Translations under genes and position numbers: made by a program
Notes under the pieces: generated by a model
The model's input: only the letters and a program-made list of their open reading frames with translations
Databases searched by the model: none
What the model was told of the DNA's origin: nothing
Shown here: positions 17,366-26,986 of the stretch, piece after piece
How the letters are laid out: the number at the start of each line of letters is the position of its first letter
How positions within the stretch are numbered: position 1 is the first letter of the stretch
From: Archaeoglobus fulgidus DSM 4304
GTDB taxonomy: Archaea > Halobacteriota > Archaeoglobi > Archaeoglobales > Archaeoglobaceae
Direction of reading: 5' to 3'
Length of the DNA: 32,000 nucleotides
Assembly: GCF_000008665.1 (NCBI RefSeq)
Contig: NC_000917.1
Coordinates: 1,980,001 to 2,012,000 of the forward strand

Positions 17366-19591
17366 ATGATGAGACAGGGTGGTGTTATGGTTGGAGCAAG
17401 GAAAAGGTGGATTACGGACTGGTGGCCCAACAGGCTGAACCTGAAAATTCTGAGACAGAACCTCCAGAATCCCTACGGGGAGGATTACGATTACGTCGAG
17501 GAGGTTGAGAATCTCGATATCGATGCTGTCATCAGGGATTTGAAGGAGCTGATGAGAAGCTCTCAGGACTGGTGGCCGGCTGACTTCGGCCATTACGGCC
17601 CTTTGTTCATCCGCCTTGCGTGGCATAGCGCGGGCAGCTACCGCATTTTTGATGGCAGAGGTGGGGCGAGGGACGGGAGCATCCGCTTTCCGCCCCGCAT
17701 AAACTGGCCGGACAACATAAACCTCGACAAGGCGATAAGGCTGCTCTGGCCGATAAAGAAGAAGTACGGCAGAAAGCTGTCTTGGGCGGATCTGATTATC
17801 CTTGCGGGCACAGTTGCAATGGAGGACATGGGAGTGAAGCTTTTCGGCTTCGCACTGGGCAGGGAGGACATCTTTGAGCCTGACGAGAGCCCCGACTGGG
17901 GGCCGGAGGAGGAGATGCTTACAGCAAAGAGAGGGGAGAAGGAGGAGCTTGAGAGACCTTTTGCAGCTACCGAGATGGGCCTGATTTACGTAAACCCTGA
18001 AGGGCCCGGCGGAAATCCAGATCCGCTTGGCTCGGCTCAGGAGATTAGGGTTGCCTTCCGCAGGATGGGGATGAACGACGAGGAGACTGTAGCACTTATC
18101 GCCGGAGGGCATGCCTTCGGAAAGTGTCATGGCGCTGGACCCGCTGATTATCTTGGGCCAGACCCAAGCTCCTCTCCCATTGAAATGCAGGGGCTCGGAT
18201 GGAAGTACAACTACGGCAAGGGAAAGGGCTCTGACACCTTCACTTCTGGTCTTGAGGTTACTTGGTCGCCCACGCCCACAAAGTTCGGCATAAACTACCT
18301 CAGAATTCTCTTCACCTACGAGTGGGAGCTGGAGAAGAGCCCAGCAGGGAAAAACCAGTGGGTTGCCAAGGACGCTCCAGAAATCATTCCCGATGCTCAT
18401 GATCCAAACAAAAAGCACAGGCCGAGAATGCTAACCGCTGACTTAGCCCTCCGCTTCGACCCAGAGTTCTCGAAAATTGCGAGGAGATTTCTCGAAAATC
18501 CTGAGGAATTTGAAAAGGCATTCGCCATCGCGTGGTACAAGCTCACCCACAGAGACATGGGTCCAAAGGACTGCTACATTGGCAAGTACGTGCCGGAGGA
18601 GACCTTTGTGTGGCAGGACCCGTTGCCAAGGAGAGATTACGAGCTCGTTGACGAAAAGGACGTGGAGGAGCTGAAGAGGAGGATTCTTGCGTCGGGGCTC
18701 AGCTTAAGCCAGCTCGTTTACTTTGCGTGGGCCTCAGCATCAACCTACCGCAACTCGGACAGGAGAGGAGGGGCCAACGGGGCGAGAATCAGGCTTAAGC
18801 CGATGAGTGTGTGGGAGGTAAACCATCCGGAAGAGCTTAAGAAGGTTATTGCTGCATACGAGAAAATTCAGCAGGAGTTCAACGAGGGGGCGAAGGGGAG
18901 TGAGAAGAGAATTTCAATCGCCGACCTCATTGTCCTTGGAGGTATTGCAGCTGTTGAGGAGGCGGCAAGGAGGGCGGGATTCAGCGTTAAGGTTCCATTC
19001 ATTCCCGGCAGAGTGGATGCGCAGCAAGAGCACGTTGACGAGGAATTCTACAGAGTCATTGAGCCCTTCGCCGATGGCTTCAGGAACTACTTCAGGTATC
19101 CAGAGAGAATCAATGAAAGGGACGTTTACACAACTCCCGAGTACTTCCTCGTCGATAAGGCGAACCTGCTAACCCTCACAGTTCCCGAAATGGTGGTGCT
19201 GATTGGGGGTATGAGGGCTCTTGGAGCAAACTACAGCCACTCTGACTACGGTGTCCTTACCGAAAGGCCCGGAGTGCTGAGCAACGACTTCTTCGTCAAC
19301 CTTCTGGACATGTCCGTAGAGTGGAGGGCTGCTGACGACTACAGGTACACCTTCGAAGGCTACGATAGGAAGAGCGGAGAGCTGAGGTGGAGGGCAACGA
19401 GGGTTGATTTAATCTTAGGCCATCACGACGAGCTGAGGGCTGTGGCAGAGGTTTACGGTTGCGATGATGCAAAGGAGAAGTTCGTGAAGGACTTCGCTGC
19501 AGTGTGTGCAAAGGTTATGCACCTCGACCGCTTTGATTTGTGGAGAAGCAACAGGAAGCTGTATAAGGAGATAACCGCAGGTTTGAGGTGA
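17366..19591 (+). CDS. katG: Catalase-peroxidase
   Basis: 741 aa; [75 protein letters not shown]. The start may be the internal Met near 17387. Confidence 0.97.
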
Positions 19592-19595
19592 AAGA

Positions 19596-19799
19596 ATGGA
19601 GAGGGTTGACGAGCTCGTTGAGAGGGAGTGCATTTGCAGGGACTGCTCAACCTACGTTGCGGAGGAAAGCAAGACTGGCTTCTGCTACTTCGGAACAAGT
19701 GAGGTAATAAAAGATGAGAAGGGCTGTCTCTGCCCCCTCTGCAAGGTTGCGGCCGTGATGGAACTCAAAGGGGAGTTTTACTGCACGAGAGGCTCTTAA
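19596..19799 (+). CDS. Small cysteine-rich protein (DUF2769-like)
   Basis: 67 aa with 8 Cys (ECICRDC, GFC, GCLCPLC, FYC); starts 5 nt after katG ends. Confidence 0.75.
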
Positions 19800-19804
19800 A
19801 AGCT

Positions 19805-20794
19805 ATGAAAAGAAGGGATTTCCTCATAACATCCGCAGCAGCCCTCTCTTTTTTACTTTCAGGCTGTGCCATCGGTGATAGAGTGGTGGAAGAACCACTA
19901 ACGCCTAAATCCAATCCTCCAAGAAAATCAGTCGTTTACGTTCTCAAAACCGAGAGAAGGGAAGAGGCTGTCAGCAAGCTCATGCAGAACTTCTCTGACT
20001 TTGAGGGTTCAACCGTTGGATTAAAGGCCAACTACAACAGCGCCGATCCTTTTCCCGCATCAACCCATCCAAAGACGCTCTCAGCAATCGTTGATGTTCT
20101 GAAGGAGCAGAAGGCAGAGGTATTCATGGCAGAGAGGAGCGGGATGGGAAACACTTCAGCGGTGCTGAAAACCATGGGCATTCTGGACTTGGCCAGAGAG
20201 AAGGGCTTTACAGTTATCGACCTCGACAGCTACGACGGCTGGGTTCTTCACCAGCCAGAAGACAGCCACTGGAAAAAAGGCTATCCCTTCGCAGACATCT
20301 TCCTGACCGTTGACTCTGTAATACAGACATGCTGCCTCAAGACGCATCGCTTTGGAGGGCACTTCACCATGTCTCTCAAGAACAGCGTTGGAATGGTGGC
20401 GAGGAGGTGGAAGGGGCACGACTACATGTCAGAGCTCCACACCTCGCCCCACATGAGAAAGATGATTGCCGAGATAAACGTATCCTACTCCCCCAAAATC
20501 GTAATCATGGATGCCATAAAGGGCTTCTCGCATGGTGGGCCTGAGAGAGGAACGGTCATTGAGCCGGGATTGATGATTGCCAGCAACGACAGAGTTGCCA
20601 TCGATGCAGTTGGTGTGGCCATTCTCAGAATCCACGGCACAACTCCGGAAGTTTCCAAGGGAAGTGTTTTCGAACAGGAGCAGATAGCAAGGGCGATTGA
20701 AATTGGTCTCTCCTCAGGTGAGTTTGAGATTATTCCAGCCAATGACGATGCAGAGAAAATCTGCTCGGAAATTGAGGCTGTGCTCTGGGGCTGA
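19805..20794 (+). CDS. DUF362-family exported lipoprotein
   Basis: 329 aa; Tat-like leader plus lipobox (MKRRDFLITSAAALSFLLSGCAIG); KTHRFGGHFTMSLKNSVGMV and MDAIKGFSHGGPERG are DUF362-like. Confidence 0.8.
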   Translation: MKRRDFLITSAAALSFLLSGCAIGDRVVEEPLTPKSNPPRKSVVYVLKTERREEAVSKLMQNFSDFEGSTVGLKANYNSADPFPASTHPKTLSAIVDVLKEQKAEVFMAERSGMGNTSAVLKTMGILDLAREKGFTVIDLDSYDGWVLHQPEDSHWKKGYPFADIFLTVDSVIQTCCLKTHRFGGHFTMSLKNSVGMVARRWKGHDYMSELHTSPHMRKMIAEINVSYSPKIVIMDAIKGFSHGGPERGTVIEPGLMIASNDRVAIDAVGVAILRIHGTTPEVSKGSVFEQEQIARAIEIGLSSGEFEIIPANDDAEKICSEIEAVLWG

Positions 20795-20851
20795 TTGAAC
20801 AAGGGTTGAGCGAAAAACCAATAAACCGGCAATTCGAATAACTCTTGTGAG

Positions 20852-21487
20852 CTAAATCCACTCCATCAAACCTGCAAAGACTATCAGGAGTACGGCGTCA
20901 ATCGCCAGAATTCCAAAGCTAACTGCGGCCTGCTTTTCTACCAAATCCATATCGTAAACCCAGTAGGCAACGAGGAAGAAAGGCAGATAGCCGATCAGAA
21001 ATATCAGGAGTGGCATCTTGGCATTCCACCACCAGTACTCCCAGACAAGAACATTGGCGGCATTCAGAATAATTTCAACGACGACACATGCTGCAGACAG
21101 CACAATGGCATAGAAGATTCTGTTGTTAATGCCGAAAATCTTCGCTTTCCTGTCTTCAGGCAAAAGCTTTGTTGCTGCTACACCCATGATTGCGAACATC
21201 ATGCTTATCTCAATGTTGAGACCTATCAAAATCAGGTAAGCGGTTTTTCCTGGGGCCATCCAAACAGCAGCGTAGTTTGTGAAGTGGAAAACGAGGGCAT
21301 TCCATATCTCGTTGAACCAATCCATCCCCCAGAAGGCAAGTCCAGCGAATACAGCCCTGTAATTTTTCTGATGAATTTCGCTGGCGTAGATGTAAATCAC
21401 TACCAGCAGAAGGGTTATTACATACCATTGAAACTGGGATGCATCCCTCAATATTGCCAAGGCCTCGTTTGCTGCTTGCGTTGGCAT
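20852..21487 (-). CDS. Hypothetical polytopic membrane protein
   Basis: 211 aa with about 6-7 hydrophobic segments (FQWYVITLLLVVIYIYA; IFYAIVLSAACVVVEIIL; VSFGILAIDAVLLIVFAGLMEWI). Confidence 0.75.
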   Translation of the reverse strand: MPTQAANEALAILRDASQFQWYVITLLLVVIYIYASEIHQKNYRAVFAGLAFWGMDWFNEIWNALVFHFTNYAAVWMAPGKTAYLILIGLNIEISMMFAIMGVAATKLLPEDRKAKIFGINNRIFYAIVLSAACVVVEIILNAANVLVWEYWWWNAKMPLLIFLIGYLPFFLVAYWVYDMDLVEKQAAVSFGILAIDAVLLIVFAGLMEWI

Positions 21488-21570
21488 GTCACTAATTTTA
21501 TCCTTAATATTTAAATCTTTCCTTTAATATTTCTTCGAAACAAATTTCTATCCACCCACAAATTGATACC

Positions 21571-22116
21571 ATGTACTTCATAACGTCCAACGAGGGAAAG
21601 TTCAGGGAAGTAAGAGAGATGGCCTCAAAGTACGGAATCGAGATAGAGTGGCTGAAGATGGAGTACATTGAGCCGCAGGGAAGCAGTCTGGAGGAGATTG
21701 CAAGGCTTAGTGCTGAGATGCTGGCTGAGAAGGTGGAGGGGGAGTTCGTAATTGAGGACAGCGGTCTGTTCGTTGAGGCTTTGAAGGGCTTTCCCGGGCC
21801 CTACTCAAGCTACGTTTTCAAAACCATCGGCAACGAGGGGATTCTTAAGCTCATGGAAGGCGTTGAGAACAGAAAAGCCTACTTCATGGCTGTCGTAGCC
21901 TACTTTGACGGCAAGGAGGTGAGAACCTTCACCGGCAAGGTGGAGGGGGAAATCTCCAGAGAAATGCGGGGAACTCAGGGCTTCGGCTACGACCCCATCT
22001 TCCTCTACGGCAATAAAACCTTCGCAGAAATGGCAACCGAGGAGAAGAACCAAGTTTCCCACAGAAGAAAGGCCTTCGAGGAGTTTTTCAGATGGCTTAA
22101 GGAGAATAAAATTTAA
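21571..22116 (+). CDS. rdgB: XTP/dITP pyrophosphatase (Ham1/RdgB family)
   Basis: 181 aa; [69 protein letters not shown]. Confidence 0.95.
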
Positions 22117-22121
22117 AAAAT

Positions 22122-23768
22122 TTATTCTTCAGAATCCTCCTCTCCTCCGCTCTCTCCCTCTGGTCCCTTCTCCTTCTCCAGTCCCTTTGCAGCAATGACG
22201 TCGTCGATTCTCAGAATCATTATTGCCACTTCTGTAGCGCTTGTGATTGCCTGAGTCTTGACCTTCAGCGGCTCAAGGACTCCCCTCTCCTTCATGCAGG
22301 CTACTTCTCCGCTGAACACATCCACACCGTAGGTGGTCTTGCCCTCTTCATGGGCCTTTCTCAGCTCGACAAGAATGTCGATTGGGTCAAGCCCTGAGTT
22401 CTCGGCGAGGGCCCTTGGAATAACCTCTAAGGCTGATGCAAAGGCCTCAGCTGCCAGCTGCTCTCTTCCGCCAAGCGTTGGTGCCCAGTCTCTTATCTTG
22501 AGGGCAACCTCTATTTCAGGTGCTCCACCACCAGCAACGACCTTACCGCTCTCGAGGGCGGTCTTGACGACCTTGATGGCATCCTGCAAGCTCCTCTCGA
22601 CCTCATCCACAACGTGCTCGCTGCCGCCCCTGATCAGTATCGTCACGGCCTTGGGGTTCTTGCAGCCCTCGATGAAGACCATCTTCTCGTCGCCAACCTT
22701 CCTCTCCTCAACAAGCTCCGCTTCTCCGAGATCTGCTGAGGTTATCTCCCTCAGGTCGGTTATGATTTTCGCTCCACACGCCTTTGCAATCTTCTCGATA
22801 TCGCTCTGCTTGACTCTCCTCACTGCAAGGATTCCAGCCTTTGCGAGGTAGTACTGGGCAAGGTCATCAATGCCCTTCTGGCAGAAGACAACGTTGGCTC
22901 CAGCCTCTGCAAGCCTGTCGACCATCTCTTTGAGCATCTTCTCCTCCTGCTCGATGAACTTCATCAGCTGGTCTGGGTCGGTGATTCTGATTTCAGCATC
23001 CGTCTCGGTCTCCTTGACCTCAAGGGCAGCCTTCAGAACTGCAATTTTCGCATTCTTCACTCTCTTGGGCATTCCCGGATGCACTACCTCCTTGTCGATG
23101 ACGATGCCGTTAACGAGCTTTGTGTCTGCAACACTGCCTCCCTGCCTCTTCTCCAGCTTTATGTTGTCCTCGTCAACCTTGTAGCGGTCATCGACCTTCT
23201 CTGCAACCCTCTTCACAGCCTCAACAACGAGGCTGCTCAGGTGGTCCAGCGCATATTCTGAGTGCTTTCCAGTTATGGCAGTTGCGGCAATCTTCTTGAG
23301 GGTCTCCTCGTCCTCAACGTCGATGTCCATTGCTATGCTCTCCAGAATCTCAACCGCCTTGTTTGCGGCCATTCTGTAACCTCTGGCAATCACCGTCGGA
23401 TGAATGTCCTGATCAAGAAGCTCCTCTGCCTTCTTCAGCAGCTCTCCCGCAAGAACTACAGCAGTTGTGGTGCCGTCACCGACCTCATTGTCCTGGGTCT
23501 TTGCAACCTCAATGATCATCTTCGCTGCTGGATGCTCAACGTCCATCTCCTTAAGGATTGTCACACCATCGTTTGTAATCACCACATCTCCAAGGCTGTC
23601 AACGAGCATTTTGTCCATTCCCTTCGGCCCAAGGGTGCTCTTCACTGCCTCGGCAATCACACGAGCGGCCATTATGTTCATCCTCTGGGCATCTCTTCCA
23701 ACGGTTCTCTGAGTTCCCTCCTTCAGTATCAAAACCGGTGTCCCCTGCAGTGTGGCCATCCCACTCAC
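22122..23768 (-). CDS. thsA: Thermosome (group II chaperonin) subunit
   Basis: 548 aa; [65 protein letters not shown]. The start may be Met4 ([12 protein letters not shown]). Alpha versus beta naming is from memory only. Confidence 0.95.
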   Translation of the reverse strand: MSGMATLQGTPVLILKEGTQRTVGRDAQRMNIMAARVIAEAVKSTLGPKGMDKMLVDSLGDVVITNDGVTILKEMDVEHPAAKMIIEVAKTQDNEVGDGTTTAVVLAGELLKKAEELLDQDIHPTVIARGYRMAANKAVEILESIAMDIDVEDEETLKKIAATAITGKHSEYALDHLSSLVVEAVKRVAEKVDDRYKVDEDNIKLEKRQGGSVADTKLVNGIVIDKEVVHPGMPKRVKNAKIAVLKAALEVKETETDAEIRITDPDQLMKFIEQEEKMLKEMVDRLAEAGANVVFCQKGIDDLAQYYLAKAGILAVRRVKQSDIEKIAKACGAKIITDLREITSADLGEAELVEERKVGDEKMVFIEGCKNPKAVTILIRGGSEHVVDEVERSLQDAIKVVKTALESGKVVAGGGAPEIEVALKIRDWAPTLGGREQLAAEAFASALEVIPRALAENSGLDPIDILVELRKAHEEGKTTYGVDVFSGEVACMKERGVLEPLKVKTQAITSATEVAIMILRIDDVIAAKGLEKEKGPEGESGGEEDSEE

Positions 23769-23800
23769 CTCCCTCTTGCAAATATTGGTGGATTGAAATT

Positions 23801-23814
23801 TCTATATATATTTT
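23801..23814 (-). promoter_or_regulatory. TATA box of the thermosome promoter
   Basis: Minus strand AAAATATATATAGA about 33-45 nt upstream of the start codon, in a 200-bp divergent intergenic region. Confidence 0.5.
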
Positions 23815-23969
23815 ACGGTCAGGCTTTTTGAGCTCTGCGCGGTGGAAGGGTTGATTGAGGCTACATGGTTTTTGGGGAGGTTGAATTGAACGAATAGCTG
23901 CATGGAAACATTTAGCTGTAGCTGAACCAAATCCACAAAATTTTTTATAAAACAGACACAAATCCAAAT

Positions 23970-25040
23970 GTGCGCTACGCAATCTTCGACGAGTCGAATC
24001 TTGAAAGAGTGCTGAAAGCCATCGGAGAAGCTTCTCCGGAGTTTAGGAGATTCAGATACGTGGAACTGCTGGCGAAATCCGAAAAAGGTGTTGTTGGTAA
24101 ATACAGATCGCTCTACTTTCTCTTCTCCAAAGAGCCCTTTGAGCTTGACGTAGAGCCAATAGAGATTTTTGAAGTGGAAATAGAAAAAGATGACGGCAAT
24201 TTTCGGAGCTTCAGGTTTGGAAAGTACTCCCTGAGGGATAAGCTTCTTTTAGACTGCAATTTTAACGAGAAGCTGTTTTACGATTACCTTCCCGCGCTGC
24301 TGTGCGAAATCAGCTCGGCAAGGCTCCTCATCAAGGACTGCAACTTGAGGGCGAGCCATCTTGCGGAAAGGGAAAGCGAGATTGTGAAGGAGATTACGAA
24401 AATCTCGGAGGACGTTAAAACGCTCAGCATAGAGAAACTTGAGGAGCTATCCTTCGAGGTTTCGGCATTAAGGGCTTCTTTTTTCAGCAGCTACATGCTG
24501 TTCAAGGATGACGTTGAGGAAATTTTTTCCTCAATTGCAAGGGCGAGCAGCATCTCAAACTTTCTTGGTGGGTTGTTAAAGGAGCAGATTGACGAGCTCA
24601 GAAATCAGCTTGAGACAATAAGCTACTTCGAGTCGAGGTTCGAGCAAACCCTTTCGGGAGTCAGGGATGCGCTCGACGTCGTTCATCTTCGCCTCGAAAT
24701 GCTCAGGGGGAAGGAAAATCTTGAGCTGCAGAAGAGAACCTCGGCTTTGCAGGCTGCCGCGGCTGTAATTGAGTTTGTGGCGGTTTTTTACTACTCGATG
24801 AAAATCTGGGAGGCTTTTCTTCCCGTGACGGAGATGCCCCACTGGCTCTCGTTCTCTCTGCTTGCCGCGTTCACGTTTACCGTTGTGGTTTACACAGAAG
24901 CGCTCGGAGATTACATCAGGGAGAGGAAACCTTCATCAAAGCTCGTTCTGCTGACGCTGACCCTAGCCATTCTGGTTATCCTGATGGCCACTCTTCCTAC
25001 TCTTTTTTCAGCAGCCTCACAACTTTCAGGCGGTCATTGA
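23970..25040 (+). CDS. Hypothetical protein: long helical/coiled-coil region with C-terminal transmembrane segments
   Basis: 356 aa; predicted helical region (LLKEQIDELRNQLETISYFESRFEQTLSGVRDALDVVHLRLEML) followed by hydrophobic segments (WLSFSLLAAFTFTVVVYTEAL; LVLLTLTLAILVILMATLPTLF). Confidence 0.7.
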   Translation: MRYAIFDESNLERVLKAIGEASPEFRRFRYVELLAKSEKGVVGKYRSLYFLFSKEPFELDVEPIEIFEVEIEKDDGNFRSFRFGKYSLRDKLLLDCNFNEKLFYDYLPALLCEISSARLLIKDCNLRASHLAERESEIVKEITKISEDVKTLSIEKLEELSFEVSALRASFFSSYMLFKDDVEEIFSSIARASSISNFLGGLLKEQIDELRNQLETISYFESRFEQTLSGVRDALDVVHLRLEMLRGKENLELQKRTSALQAAAAVIEFVAVFYYSMKIWEAFLPVTEMPHWLSFSLLAAFTFTVVVYTEALGDYIRERKPSSKLVLLTLTLAILVILMATLPTLFSAASQLSGGH

Positions 25041-25188
25041 GGAGCTTTATGTGCTCCCTCTCCTGAGAGATGAGGAAATCAAGCAGTTCTGCAGTTTCCC
25101 TGTCGGCTTCTCTTTTCATTTCGGCGTAGGTCTCAATAGCCTCCCTCTCCATCTCAATGGCCTTTTGCAGAATCTCTTCGGGACTCAT
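24997..25188 (-). CDS. Half-size ferritin-like/rubrerythrin-type two-helix protein
   Basis: From the internal Met: MSPEEILQKAIEMEREAIETYAEMKREADRETAELLDFLISQEREHIKLLNDRLKVVRLLKKE (63 aa). Carries ExxxxxxY and ExEH ferritin-like signatures. Start coordinate derived from the ORF track; the upstream TTG extension (to 25257) looks unlikely. Confidence 0.65.
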   Translation of the reverse strand: MSPEEILQKAIEMEREAIETYAEMKREADRETAELLDFLISQEREHIKLLNDRLKVVRLLKKE

Positions 25189-25219
25189 GTAGTTTGTGGT
25201 TTGAGAAAAAATAAATACT

Positions 25220-25594
25220 TCACGCTCTCTCCACAACCACACTCTCTCCGTCCGCAACGCCCTTAAGGCCTTCCATGCTGTTGACGATCCTCCCTATAAC
25301 GTTGACGGCACTTGCAGGCCTGATTTTATCGTCGCTTATCGGCGTTTTTCCGAAAAAGAGGCATATAGCTTTTCCAGGAATCCAGTACGCCACGTCTCCC
25401 AGCTCAACAACGTCCTTCGAATTCTCCTCCTTCTCAACCGCAACCTGCGTTGTGAAGTAAATCTCATCTCCCCACCTGTTGGCGGTGGACTTTATCGGCA
25501 GAGCATCGGCAATCGCCCTTACAGTCTCAGGCGCCCACTCCTCGTAAAGCTCAACTTCGCATTCCGCACTTTCGAATCTAATCCTCAACCTCAT
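25220..25594 (-). CDS. Cyclophilin-like fold protein (COG2164/DUF-type)
   Basis: MRLRIRFESAECEVELYEEWAPETVRAIADALPIKSTANRWGDEIYFTT...GDVAYWIPGKAICLFFGKTPIS. The internal ATG at 25594 overlaps the purB stop as ATGA. Confidence 0.75.
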   Translation of the reverse strand: MRLRIRFESAECEVELYEEWAPETVRAIADALPIKSTANRWGDEIYFTTQVAVEKEENSKDVVELGDVAYWIPGKAICLFFGKTPISDDKIRPASAVNVIGRIVNSMEGLKGVADGESVVVERA

Positions 25595-26925
25595 TTCAAC
25601 ACCTCGTTCACCCATCTCACAACCCTCTCGACCCTTTCCCTTGCAGTCCCCAGATAATTTTCAGGTTTCAGAATCTCCCTAAGCTCATCCTCTTTGAAGT
25701 ACTTCATAACTCTCTCGTCTTTCAAAAGCTCGTCAAGAAGCGATGAATTGTTCTCGTAAGCCCTCATCGCCGCCTGCCTGAGAATCTCGTGCGCCTCCTG
25801 CCTCCCCACCCCTCTTTTCGTCATCTCTATCATCACCGCCTCGCTCAGGTTGAGCCCCCTCTGCATCTCAAGATTCCTCCTGATGTTCTCGAGGTTGAGA
25901 CTAACGCTGGAAACAACCTTTATCATCTTCGTTAGAATGTGGTCCGCCAGAACCGTTGACTCAACAAGGGTTATCCTCTCCGCCGAGGAGTTTGTAAGGT
26001 CTCTCTCCTCCCACAGAATTGCCGACTGGTGCTGAGGCTCCACGAACCCCCTCACGACCCTCGCCAAGCCGCAAACATTCTCGCAGTCTATTGGGTTCCT
26101 TTTGTGGGGCATCGTGGAGCTTCCGACCTGCTTGGCCTCGAATTTTTCCATCAACTCTCCAACTTCAGCTCTTTGAAGGAGTCTGAAGTTCAGAGCAATC
26201 TTTTCGAGTGTTGCAGCAAGATTTGCGAGAAACTCGAGGTACTCGCAGTAGGAGTCCCTGGGTATTATCTGGCTTGAAATCAGAGCCGGTTTAAGGTTCA
26301 GCAGCCTCATAACCTCCTCCTCTATCTCGAAGCCGTCTTTGCCGAAGGCGGCCTGTGTTCCCACTGCCCCGCTCATCTGCCCTACGAGAAGCCTGTCCTT
26401 CATCTGCTGCAGCCTGATGTAGTGCCTTGCAACCTCAGCCGCCCACAGGGCGAATCTGAAGCCGTAGGTTGTGGGCAAAGCCGCCTGACCGTGAGTTCTG
26501 CCGAGGCAGACCACGTCCTTATATTCTAAGGCTTTGTCCGCAAGAACCTTCGCAAGGCGCTTTATTTTAACCTCGAGGATTTTCAAACTGTCCCTTAGCT
26601 GCAAAGCCGTTGCTGTGTCGATTATGTCGTTTGATGTGGCTCCGAAGTGAACCCACCTGCATCCGGTGGCCTCGGTAATGGCCTTTACCAGCGCCATTAT
26701 GTCGTGCTTTATCTCTGCCTCAATTTCCTTCACTCTCTCTGGTGTTACGCTGTAAGCCTTCTTTTTGGCCTCTTTGGCCTCCTCTTCGCTGAGGTATCCT
26801 TTTTTTGCAAGAGCGCGTAGAAGAGCCATTTCAACCCTTACCATCCTCTTGATCTTGCTATCCTCGCTCCAAATCCTCTTCATTTCGGGGGTGCCGTAGC
26901 GGTAATCGATGGGGTGAACTATCAT
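25591..26925 (-). CDS. purB: Adenylosuccinate lyase
   Basis: 444 aa; RYGTPEMKRIWSEDSK, TSNDIIDTATALQLRD, GRTHGQAALPTTYG, and signature QVGSSTMPHKRNPIDCENV. Confidence 0.96.
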   Translation of the reverse strand: MIVHPIDYRYGTPEMKRIWSEDSKIKRMVRVEMALLRALAKKGYLSEEEAKEAKKKAYSVTPERVKEIEAEIKHDIMALVKAITEATGCRWVHFGATSNDIIDTATALQLRDSLKILEVKIKRLAKVLADKALEYKDVVCLGRTHGQAALPTTYGFRFALWAAEVARHYIRLQQMKDRLLVGQMSGAVGTQAAFGKDGFEIEEEVMRLLNLKPALISSQIIPRDSYCEYLEFLANLAATLEKIALNFRLLQRAEVGELMEKFEAKQVGSSTMPHKRNPIDCENVCGLARVVRGFVEPQHQSAILWEERDLTNSSAERITLVESTVLADHILTKMIKVVSSVSLNLENIRRNLEMQRGLNLSEAVMIEMTKRGVGRQEAHEILRQAAMRAYENNSSLLDELLKDERVMKYFKEDELREILKPENYLGTARERVERVVRWVNEVLK

Positions 26926-26986
26926 GAAGCGAAGTTAACAGGGGGCGATAAAAGGTTACTCCTTTTCGTTAAAAAGAAAAAAGAGT

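Noticed and set aside
17360-18418. 352-aa minus-strand ORF
   Set aside because: Fully antisense to katG, whose heme-site motifs are unambiguous; no plausible domain.
23262-23831. 189-aa plus-strand ORF opposite the thermosome
   Set aside because: Antisense shadow of a highly conserved gene; it also crosses the thermosome promoter.
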